Source: Syntrophales bacterium (GTDB lineage: Bacteria; Desulfobacterota; Syntrophia; Syntrophales; UBA4778). From it: DNA of 64,000 bases. Positions 50,607-58,849 of this stretch are shown piece after piece. Position numbers and translations under genes: made by a program. The stretch lies in contig CAXXQE010000001.1 in NCBI GenBank assembly GCA_963665615.2, positions 699,151 through 763,150 on the forward strand, written 5' to 3'. Positions within the stretch are counted from its first letter, which is position 1. Each line of letters begins with the position of its first letter. Below the pieces are notes generated by a model that was given only the letters and a program-made list of their open reading frames with translations, did no database searches and was not told where the DNA came from.

Positions 50607-51743
50607 ATGAAGTACCGGATATTAAGTGAATTGCTGGCTTTAGCCGTCTGTGCGGTTGTTTTCGCATATCCGACTATCAGCCTGGCTGAGAATCCCGGCA
50701 CCCCTGCTAATGTCGCACAGCAGACGGGTGATCGAGATAACTTTAAGGGTCCACTCAAGGTCCCTGCGATGACGAGCCAGCTGGCGTCTAAGTCTCTGCT
50801 AAACGGTATTGCCATCGCGGGAAAACGTATCGTCGCGGTAGGAGAGAGAGGTCATATCATCTACTCAGACGACAACGGAAAGAGTTGGACACAGAGCGAG
50901 GTCCCGGTGAGCGTTGACTTGGCGGCCGTGTATTTCGCGACCCCTCAGAAAGGCTGGGCGGTAGGGCACGACGGAGTGGTGCTGTACAGTTCTAATGCTG
51001 GCGCCAAATGGGTTGTGCAATTGGATGGCTCCCGCGTCTGCGAAGTATTGAAGAAGTATTATGAGAACCGTCCACCTTCCGGCGGAATGGACGCCAAGGC
51101 AGCTAAGAAGTTCAAGGAAGACATGCAGTACCTTGTTGATCAGGGGCCGGTCTTTCCTTTTCTTGATGTCTGGTTTAGTAACGATCTTACCGGCTTCGTC
51201 GTCGGAGCAAATAATCTCATTTTCCACACCACTGACGGAGGAAAGAACTGGGAACCATGGCTCGATCGAACAGAGAACCCTAACGGTTTCCACTTCTACG
51301 CCATCAGACCCGTTGGGACTGATCTCTACATGGTCGGAGAGCAGGGGCTGGTACTGAAGCTCGATCCTGCTTCCGGTCGCTTCCGATCCCTTCAAACCGG
51401 TTATAATGGGACGTTCTTTGGGGTTGTTGGGAAATCCGGCTCAGTGCTCGTCTTCGGTTTGCGCGGTAACATGTTCCGCAGCACTGACAAAGGAAAGAAG
51501 TGGCAAAAGGTGGAGAGCGGGGAAAGTGGTGCAGTACTTGGCGGCACGGTAACTGCGGATGGCGCCATCGTATTGGTGACCCAGTCGGGTAAAGTACTCG
51601 AGAGCAAAGATGACGGCGCGAGTTTTAGCGAGGTAAAACAAAAAGAAGGACTAGGCCTTCCAGCATGCGCGGTGGTTGTTCCCGACAAAAGCACGTGTGT
51701 CATTGCCGGCGTGGCTGGAATCAAGGTTGCAACGATCAATTAA
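50607..51743 (+). CDS. YCF48/BNR-repeat beta-propeller protein
   Basis: AVGERGHI, SDDNGKSW, GWAVGHDG, TTDGGKNW, STDKGKKW Asp-boxes. Confidence 0.9.
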   Translation: MKYRILSELLALAVCAVVFAYPTISLAENPGTPANVAQQTGDRDNFKGPLKVPAMTSQLASKSLLNGIAIAGKRIVAVGERGHIIYSDDNGKSWTQSEVPVSVDLAAVYFATPQKGWAVGHDGVVLYSSNAGAKWVVQLDGSRVCEVLKKYYENRPPSGGMDAKAAKKFKEDMQYLVDQGPVFPFLDVWFSNDLTGFVVGANNLIFHTTDGGKNWEPWLDRTENPNGFHFYAIRPVGTDLYMVGEQGLVLKLDPASGRFRSLQTGYNGTFFGVVGKSGSVLVFGLRGNMFRSTDKGKKWQKVESGESGAVLGGTVTADGAIVLVTQSGKVLESKDDGASFSEVKQKEGLGLPACAVVVPDKSTCVIAGVAGIKVATIN

Positions 51744-51796
51744 AAGGTGATTAGCAGGTTAAAACCTAAAAAAGATATGGATAAGGAGAACTAGCT

Positions 51797-53197
51797 ATGA
51801 TGCGAAAGATATTGTTAGCATGTGCCATGCTGGTATTTGTAATGTCCAGTTATGCAATGGCTGCCATCACAGAGCAGGAAGCGGCCAAGCTTGGCGGTCC
51901 GGAGTTGACGCCGATTGGCGCTGAAAAAGCCGGGAACAAGGCCGGGACGATTCCCGCCTGGACCGGCGGTATCACCAAAGGGGCGGATGGCTGGTATTAC
52001 GAGGGCAAGCTCAAGGTTCCTTTTTCAGCCTATGATCCGAAAAAAGGAAAGTATCCCGACCCATTTGCGGATGACAAGGTTCTATATAAGATAAGCTCCA
52101 AAAACATGGCCCAGTATGCGGATAAGCTCACTCCGGGGCAGATGGCGCTCATGCAGAAATACCCTGAATATTACCTGAACGTGTACCCGACCCGACGAGG
52201 GATGAGTTATCCTCAGTATATTTACGACAACACGAAAAAGGTAGCAACCACTGCCAAGCTGGAAAAAGGCGGCAATCATTTGGTAGGCGCGCATGCAGGC
52301 TATGCTTTCCCCATACCCAAGAACGGTCTTGAAGTCGTTTGGAACCATCTTCTGACCGCAAACCGCGGGGATGAACACTGCTTTTATGAATCCGTTCAGG
52401 TCACATCCGCGGGCCGCGTCATCATGACGAGCAACGAAGACAATATCATGTATTTCGCTTACTGGGATCCTAAAGCATCGGATAAGGTCGCGTTAAGACA
52501 ATACTATACGAGAGGCCAGACAAAAGGACCGGCCAATCGAAACGGTGAGAAGTTGTTTTGCTATTGGTCAATGGACAAAACCGGCATTGATCCGAGCTGC
52601 TGGCAGTATCTTCCCGGGCAGCGCAGGGTCAAGCAAGCGCCGGAAATCGCCTTCGATGGACCTAACGTATGGGTTGGCGGTGCAGCGACCTATGATTCAG
52701 GATACGGTTATATGGGGTCGCCCGAGCGGTATACTTGGAAGCTCCTCGGCAAGAAAGAAATGTACATCCCTGTAAACAATTACAAATTCATGTATTACTC
52801 CACAAAGGAGCAAGCATTTGGTCCGCATACGATAAAGCCGGAAGTGCTGCGGTGGGAACTGCACCGTGTCTGGATGGTTGAAGGGAACCTCAAACCTGAA
52901 TATCGCCATATCTATAAGAAGCGCACGCTCTATATGGATGAGGACAACTGGTATTCGCCTATGAGCGACTTGTATGACGCGAACGGCAAGCTGTGGCGAA
53001 CGCTCATTGTTGGTAATCCTTTTGCGTACCCAGTTCAGGCTTCTCATAATATTAGTGACTGTGGCTATGACCTGGTCACCGGGCAGTACTACGCACAGGC
53101 GTGGACAGGTGAACCTTACCTGTTTTCAAAATGGGGCGAGCGTGCTCCTGAGGATGAATTGACGCCGTCGTATATTGGGGCATCCGGAGTTCGATAA
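51797..53197 (+). CDS. DUF1329 family periplasmic protein (LolA-like)
   Basis: LTPIGAEKAGN..GTIPAWTGG, FPIPKNGLE, PGQRRVK, RWELHRVW, YDANGKLWR. Confidence 0.9.
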   Translation: MMRKILLACAMLVFVMSSYAMAAITEQEAAKLGGPELTPIGAEKAGNKAGTIPAWTGGITKGADGWYYEGKLKVPFSAYDPKKGKYPDPFADDKVLYKISSKNMAQYADKLTPGQMALMQKYPEYYLNVYPTRRGMSYPQYIYDNTKKVATTAKLEKGGNHLVGAHAGYAFPIPKNGLEVVWNHLLTANRGDEHCFYESVQVTSAGRVIMTSNEDNIMYFAYWDPKASDKVALRQYYTRGQTKGPANRNGEKLFCYWSMDKTGIDPSCWQYLPGQRRVKQAPEIAFDGPNVWVGGAATYDSGYGYMGSPERYTWKLLGKKEMYIPVNNYKFMYYSTKEQAFGPHTIKPEVLRWELHRVWMVEGNLKPEYRHIYKKRTLYMDEDNWYSPMSDLYDANGKLWRTLIVGNPFAYPVQASHNISDCGYDLVTGQYYAQAWTGEPYLFSKWGERAPEDELTPSYIGASGVR

Positions 53198-53207
53198 ACT
53201 AACCCAG

Positions 53208-53307
53208 GCAGGATCTTCCCGTGAAGCCAATCCCGGGAAGATCCTGCTATACTTAAATTAAATTAAGCAGGATCTTCCTGTGAAGCCAATCCGGAAGATC
53301 CTGCTAT
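53208..53307 (+). repeat. Two tandem near-identical hairpins (terminator/mRNA-stabiliser-like)
   Basis: GCAGGATCTTCC..GTGAAGCCAATCC..GGAAGATCCTGCTAT at 53208-53250 and 53267-53307, then a T-run. Confidence 0.85.
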
Positions 53308-53393
53308 CCTTTTTTACATGTACGATATCGTGAGTAATTCTCCCGAGAGTGCAAGTCCAGCTGGACGAAAAATTTATTTAATGGAGTGAAAAA

Positions 53394-55805
53394 ATGGACG
53401 TCGGTAACAATCATATAGATGATATGCCGGTCATAAGCGATATAAAGAATTTTGATACCAAATCCGGAATCTGGCTGGAGCGTTTGGTTTTCAACAACCG
53501 GCTCATATTCATTGTCATCTGTGCGCTGATCACTGCACTGCTCGGGTATCAAGCTTCCAAAGTCAATGTGACGGCAAGCTTCGAGAAGATGATTCCCCAG
53601 AATCATCCTTATACCAAGAATTATTTTGCCAACAAAAAAGAATTGCCGGGCCTTGGGAATCAGGTACGGGTTGTCGTGGAGAGCAAAAAAGGCGACATCA
53701 TGAAACCAGAATATCTCGAGGTCCTTCGGCGTGTCAGTGATGCGCTTGTTCTAACGCCGGGGGTTGATCGCGCCTGGGTGAAATCGCTATGGACACCGGG
53801 AGTCCGCTGGAGCAAGGTTACAGAGGAAGGATTTTTAGGCGGTCCGGTGATGCCTGCTCGCTATAATGGCTCCCCGGAAACCCTCGCCGAACTGCAGACC
53901 AATATTTCCTATGCAGGCCTGATGGGGACGTTGATCGGCCTGGACAACAGATCTTCCATGGTCGTCGTTCCGCTCCTGGAAAAAGATTCCGAAACCGGCC
54001 TCCCCCTTGATTACAAGGCGTTTTCCGACAGACTGGAGAAGATTCGAAGTAAAGAACAAACGAACGACTACAGAATACATATCGTGGGCTTCGCGAAGTT
54101 GATTGGTGATTTGATCGATGGAATGATGAAGGTCATGATGTTTTTTGCCGCGGCCTTCCTGATTGCCGGCGTCGTCGTCTACATTTACACGCGCTGCATT
54201 CGCAGCACGACAATGTTGCTAATATGCTCGTTGGTAGCTGTAACGTGGTTATTGGGAATCTTGGTCCTTCTGGGTCATGATCTGGATCCTTATTCTGTTT
54301 TGGTGCCGTTTCTGGTTTTTGCCATCGGCGTCTCTCATGGCGCACAAAAAATGAATGGCATCATGCAGGATATCGGGCGCGGCACGCACCGGATCATTGC
54401 CGCCCGCTATACGTTCCGGCGACTCTTCGTGGCCGGTCTTACAGCGCTTTTAGCAGATACGGTCGGGTTTGCCGTACTGATGATCATCGACATCCCGGTC
54501 ATTAGGGACCTGGCGCTGTCGGCCAGCATCGGTGTTGCGATTCTGATATTTACCAATCTCTTGCTGATGCCGGTCGTGTTGTCCTATATCGGTGTGTGCC
54601 CAACTGCGGCTGCGCGCTCTTTACGGGAGGAGACCGACGAGGGCAGTTTTGTGGCGCGGGCGTCCAAGGCGCTATCTTTCATCACGAGGCGACGACCGGC
54701 TACTATAGTCGTGGCTTGTGCAGCTTTTCTCGCCATTTTCGGCTTAATCGTAGGCCATCATTTGCAGATTGGCGACCTTGATCCAGGGGCGCCCGAATTG
54801 CGGCCTCATTCTCGATATAACCTCGATAACGCCTATATCATCTCGCATTATTCTCTTTCCAGCGACGTGTTTGCGATCATCACGAGGACCCCTGAAAGGG
54901 GCGGCTTCCAATATGCGGTGCAAGTCGACATGGATCGTCTGCAATGGCAACTGAAACAGCTACCGAGTGTACAGACAGTAAAGTCAGTGGTCGACCTGGT
55001 AAAATTGATCAGCTCCGGCGCCTGTGAAGGAAGTACAAAGTGGTACTCCATTCCAAGTCATAAGAGGACGTTGGACTGGGCCGCGACATACACTGTGAAC
55101 AACAATCCCGACATGTGCAATTTGGACGTTTCAGTGATGCCTATTATCGCCTACCTCAGCGATCACAAGGCTGCCACACTCCAACAAGTGGTTGAAGTTT
55201 GTGATAAATTTGCAAAGGAACACAACACGAAAGATCGTCAGTTCCTGCTGGCGGCGGGCAGTGCCGGGATTGAAGCCTCAACCAACATTGTCATCAAGAA
55301 AGCAAACCGCGAAATGATGTTCTACGTTTATCTCGCCATAGTTGCCCTTTGCTTCATTACGTTCCGGAATTGGCGGGCCGTGGTCGTAACCATCATTCCA
55401 CTCGGAATCACCTCGATTCTTTGCGAGGCGCTCATGGTTTGGCTCGGAATCGGCGTGAAGGTTGCCACATTGCCGGTTATTGCTCTCGGCGTCGGTATTG
55501 GCGTCGACTACGCTCTCTATCTGGTTAGCGTTGTCATAAAGTATCAACGCGAAGGTGTCCCGCTCGAAGAAGCCTATCTGAAAGCACTGAGGTTTACCGG
55601 CAAGGTTGTGGCACTGGTCGGCGTGACCCTCTCTGTCGGCGTCATCACGTGGGCATTTTCACCGATCAAGTTCCAGGCAGACATGGGGATTCTGCTGAGC
55701 TTCATGTTTATCTGGAACATGGTCGGAGCGCTGGTTGTGATTCCGGCATTGTCGCACTTCATGATGCAAACGAAGTCGATATACAAAGGAGGCGCCTCTA
55801 ACTGA
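53394..55805 (+). CDS. RND-superfamily (MMPL-like) inner-membrane transporter
   Basis: Two TM bundles; VPFLVFAIGVSHG, GVGIGVDY, FQADMG. Confidence 0.9.
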   Translation: MDVGNNHIDDMPVISDIKNFDTKSGIWLERLVFNNRLIFIVICALITALLGYQASKVNVTASFEKMIPQNHPYTKNYFANKKELPGLGNQVRVVVESKKGDIMKPEYLEVLRRVSDALVLTPGVDRAWVKSLWTPGVRWSKVTEEGFLGGPVMPARYNGSPETLAELQTNISYAGLMGTLIGLDNRSSMVVVPLLEKDSETGLPLDYKAFSDRLEKIRSKEQTNDYRIHIVGFAKLIGDLIDGMMKVMMFFAAAFLIAGVVVYIYTRCIRSTTMLLICSLVAVTWLLGILVLLGHDLDPYSVLVPFLVFAIGVSHGAQKMNGIMQDIGRGTHRIIAARYTFRRLFVAGLTALLADTVGFAVLMIIDIPVIRDLALSASIGVAILIFTNLLLMPVVLSYIGVCPTAAARSLREETDEGSFVARASKALSFITRRRPATIVVACAAFLAIFGLIVGHHLQIGDLDPGAPELRPHSRYNLDNAYIISHYSLSSDVFAIITRTPERGGFQYAVQVDMDRLQWQLKQLPSVQTVKSVVDLVKLISSGACEGSTKWYSIPSHKRTLDWAATYTVNNNPDMCNLDVSVMPIIAYLSDHKAATLQQVVEVCDKFAKEHNTKDRQFLLAAGSAGIEASTNIVIKKANREMMFYVYLAIVALCFITFRNWRAVVVTIIPLGITSILCEALMVWLGIGVKVATLPVIALGVGIGVDYALYLVSVVIKYQREGVPLEEAYLKALRFTGKVVALVGVTLSVGVITWAFSPIKFQADMGILLSFMFIWNMVGALVVIPALSHFMMQTKSIYKGGASN

Positions 55806-56103
55806 GCGCCCATCGGCAACGAGAAAGCGTAACATGCTTCAAAAGGATATATCATTTATCGCCGGAAGGTGAACGGCTTGTTAAATAAAGTAGCGGCATG
55901 TGGGATCTGCGTTTCGGACGCGCATGCCGCTACTTTCGGTTTTGCTCCCCCGTGAGTGGCAATGGGCACGAGGATGCCGGACACATAGTAGTGGAGATTG
56001 GCGCGGGTGTCACAGGACGGAAAGAAGGCGATACCCGGAAAAAGTGCTTTTTGTTCCGTGATTAGTTCTACAATCATCACAATCGACATGTTAGGTAGAT
56101 ATT

Positions 56104-57207
56104 ATGGAAAACGTATACAGTGAATTGTCCAAGAAGCTGGATTCGCTTCCGCAGGGATTTCCTTCAACGGAAGACGGGCTGGAATTAAAAATTTTAAGCT
56201 GGATCTTTACACCCGAAGAAGCGGCTATTGCCCTTAAGTTGTCGTTTGCGCCGGAAATGGCGGACGCTATTTCGAAGCGACTAGGCAAGACGCCTCAGGA
56301 GACGGAAGCCATTCTTGACAAGATGACAGAGAATGAGCAGATCATGCGATTTAACATCGCGGGTGCATCGGCATATCTGTTGCCCCCTTACTATCCCGGG
56401 ATACACGATTGTCAGGCTTTTCGGAAGGATAAAACGATCGAGCAGCTTCAGCAGTATGGCATGCTCTTCCTGGATTATTTTCCGTTGATTCTAGCCATAA
56501 CAGGGGCCAGCAAACCCAGCTTGACAAAAGTTATACCGGTTAGCACGTCCATCGAGCCGGAGCATAAAATAGAGCGTCTCGATGATGCCTGCAGGATGAT
56601 CGAGGAAGCAAAATCGATTCATCTCATGGAATGCGTGTGTCGGAAGGAGAAGGCGATTATCGGGCGCGGTTGTAACCATATGCTCGAAACATGCATGATG
56701 CTTTCGGATCAGGAGAACATTTTTTCGAAATGGCCTCACGGTCGGGCGATTTCAAAAGAAGAGGCTCTGGACGTCATGGTGAAGGCCGAAAAAGACGGGT
56801 TAGTCCACGTTACTTATAATGCTGATGAGAGGGGAGTCACTGCGATATGTGCGTGTTGTCCGTGCTGTTCCATTTTTCTGAGTGCGTTGGTGAAGTATAA
56901 AGCCCCGTATATTGTGACCGGGAGCCGGTTTATCGCCAAAATAGATGACGCGCGATGCACACAATGCGGGATCTGTGCGGAAGAACGGTGCCCGATGGGC
57001 GCTATCGTCAAAGAAGGCGAGACTTATCGTGTTCAGCCTCAGCGTTGTATTGGTTGCGGGGTTTGCCTTTCAACCTGTCCGGCAGAAGCCATTTCCCTGG
57101 TTGCAAGGCCGGAATCCGAACAGGAGCCTATACCGGCCAACCTTCAGGAATGGGGTGAAAAGAGAGCTGCTCAGAGATGGGGAACGGATCAGGGCGGTAA
57201 TAAGTAA
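56104..57207 (+). CDS. Multi-Fe-S protein with C-terminal 2x4Fe-4S ferredoxin domain
   Basis: CVCR, ICACCPCC, CTQCGIC..CP, CIGCGVC..CP. Confidence 0.85.
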   Translation: MENVYSELSKKLDSLPQGFPSTEDGLELKILSWIFTPEEAAIALKLSFAPEMADAISKRLGKTPQETEAILDKMTENEQIMRFNIAGASAYLLPPYYPGIHDCQAFRKDKTIEQLQQYGMLFLDYFPLILAITGASKPSLTKVIPVSTSIEPEHKIERLDDACRMIEEAKSIHLMECVCRKEKAIIGRGCNHMLETCMMLSDQENIFSKWPHGRAISKEEALDVMVKAEKDGLVHVTYNADERGVTAICACCPCCSIFLSALVKYKAPYIVTGSRFIAKIDDARCTQCGICAEERCPMGAIVKEGETYRVQPQRCIGCGVCLSTCPAEAISLVARPESEQEPIPANLQEWGEKRAAQRWGTDQGGNK

Positions 57208-57241
57208 ATGGCATATGAATTGCCCGTATCTATTGAACAAA

Positions 57242-57340
57242 GTGCCAGGGGAAATGGGTGAACTGATCGCTTTGCTTGTGTCGGGCAACGTAAAGTTGGT
57301 CAGTGGTCAGATTATTTCATTTTCCGGCGCCGTAGTTTGA
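57242..57340 (+). pseudogene. C-terminal remnant of an SDR oxidoreductase
   Basis: PGEMGELIALLVSGNVKLVSGQIISFSG resembles the SDR end PEEVAxxxxFLxSxxxxxxTGQxIxxDG; the rest of the gene is absent. Confidence 0.5.
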
Positions 57341-57359
57341 CGCAATCAGGAGCTTATCA

Positions 57360-58484
57360 ATGGAAACCAAGGGCAATCGTTCCAGTTCCGAAATCTCGGC
57401 TTTGATCAAGGTCAAGGCTCTTGAGTTGGGTTATGATTTATGCGGTATAACCCACGCAGGCGCTTTCGACGAGTTGGCGAAGGAAGTCAATCGCCGCAAT
57501 GAGCTTTTCCCAGACTCGTGGTACGCCAAGGGGCATGCGGATTGGTTATTTGAGCCGCTTGCCTATCCCGGGCGTGCGATCGAAGGGGCCAAATCCCTCG
57601 TTGTCTGCATACGGCGTTACAACAAATACGTGCGCCCCCAGAACCTCGACGGTCGCGTTGGGAAGACCTATGTGTTTGATCACAGGATTCCCGCGGCCAA
57701 GACCTACCATGCCCCCGATGAGTTTGAAGCATTTCTGAAAGAAGCGCTGGGCGGGGGCGTGCGAAGGATGCTCGAAGTGCCGGGCGGCGCAGTTGTTTCT
57801 GCGCGTCGGTCTGCCTTTCGAGCGGGTTTGGGACGATTCGGGAAAAACAATTTTTTATACACCAAGTATGGTTCCTGGGCCTGGATTGAACTCTGGATAA
57901 CGGACGTTGAGCTTCAATACGACGAACCGAATACACACCCGCTTTGTCCCCCTGACTGCACCAAATGCATTGATGCCTGCCCCACCAAAGCGCTGAGCGC
58001 ACCCTATACGCTGGACTACAGTAAATGCATCGCTTATCTCAGTTATCATCAGTGCATCCAGACGCTGCCATCGGCGGTCGGCCCCTTGAGCAAGCTCCCC
58101 CCGGAAAGCTTGAGGCCGCAGATGGGCGGATGGCTCTACGGGTGCGATGCCTGTCAGGATGCCTGTCCCATGAATCGCAAGTGGTCGGAAGACGAAGTGT
58201 TTCCGGAACTAGACGAAGCGGCTTCGATGATGACCTTGGAGAACATTTTCCGGATGGATGAGGGCTATTTCGAGCAAGTCATCTACCCGCGGTTCTTCTA
58301 TATGGGCAAGGATCTGATGTGGGTCTGGAAAACGAACAGCCTGCGGGCTATGGCGAACTCGGGAGATCCTAAGTATATGGAATGCATCGAAGCTGCCTGT
58401 CATGATGCGGATGAAAACATCCGTACCATGGGACTGTGGGCGAGACAGAGAATCAAAGAGGTCATGGAAAACACCAGGGGTTGA
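57360..58484 (+). CDS. Epoxyqueuosine reductase (QueG)/reductive dehalogenase-like cobalamin Fe-S protein
   Basis: ALELGYDLCGI, AGLGRFGKNN, CPPDCTKCIDACPT, CIAY, YGCDACQDACP; C-terminal HEAT-like segment. Confidence 0.8.
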   Translation: METKGNRSSSEISALIKVKALELGYDLCGITHAGAFDELAKEVNRRNELFPDSWYAKGHADWLFEPLAYPGRAIEGAKSLVVCIRRYNKYVRPQNLDGRVGKTYVFDHRIPAAKTYHAPDEFEAFLKEALGGGVRRMLEVPGGAVVSARRSAFRAGLGRFGKNNFLYTKYGSWAWIELWITDVELQYDEPNTHPLCPPDCTKCIDACPTKALSAPYTLDYSKCIAYLSYHQCIQTLPSAVGPLSKLPPESLRPQMGGWLYGCDACQDACPMNRKWSEDEVFPELDEAASMMTLENIFRMDEGYFEQVIYPRFFYMGKDLMWVWKTNSLRAMANSGDPKYMECIEAACHDADENIRTMGLWARQRIKEVMENTRG

Positions 58485-58610
58485 TGGTCAGAGTGGCAGG
58501 CTCCAGTGCTTGCTTTGCGGAAATCGGCCCGAAAAACAAAACGATATCATCACCAGGCGGCGGAGTAAAATATTAAAGATAGTGAACTGACCGCCAATTG
58601 ACTTCAAATA

Positions 58611-58665
58611 TGTCTCGTTGTCAGATAGTTTTGTCTCATAGCAGACAGTTGTTTCATAATAGACA
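58611..58665. promoter_or_regulatory. Three tandem palindromes, candidate sigma54 enhancer (UAS)
   Basis: TGTCT-N7-AGATA (58611), TGTCT-N6-AGACA (58632), TGTTT-N6-AGACA (58650). Confidence 0.7.
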
Positions 58666-58700
58666 CATTCTGTTTCTCAATTATCGAGGATAAATAAGCA

Positions 58701-58735
58701 AATCATAAACATATCAGGCAGATATGTTTATGATT
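58701..58735. promoter_or_regulatory. Perfect 15-bp inverted repeat between enhancer and promoter
   Basis: AATCATAAACATATC-AGGCA-GATATGTTTATGATT. Confidence 0.7.
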
Positions 58736-58740
58736 CTTTT

Positions 58741-58756
58741 TGGTCTGTAACTTGCA
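58741..58756 (+). promoter_or_regulatory. Sigma54 promoter of the GRE operon
   Basis: TGGTCT-GTAAC-TTGCA with correct GG(-24)/GC(-12) spacing. Confidence 0.7.
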
Positions 58757-58849
58757 TTAGATAAAGGTGAAGAGAATTGGGTAGCAAATGGCTGTAAAAT
58801 TTGACCGATTTATATTCATAGAGTCAATATGGTCCAAGGAGGCGTAAAG

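Noticed and set aside
53208..53307. CRISPR array
   Set aside because: Only two units, a 16-nt AT spacer and no cas genes
55856..56089. 77-aa minus-strand ORF between the RND and Fe-S genes
   Set aside because: No motif; opposes the operon direction
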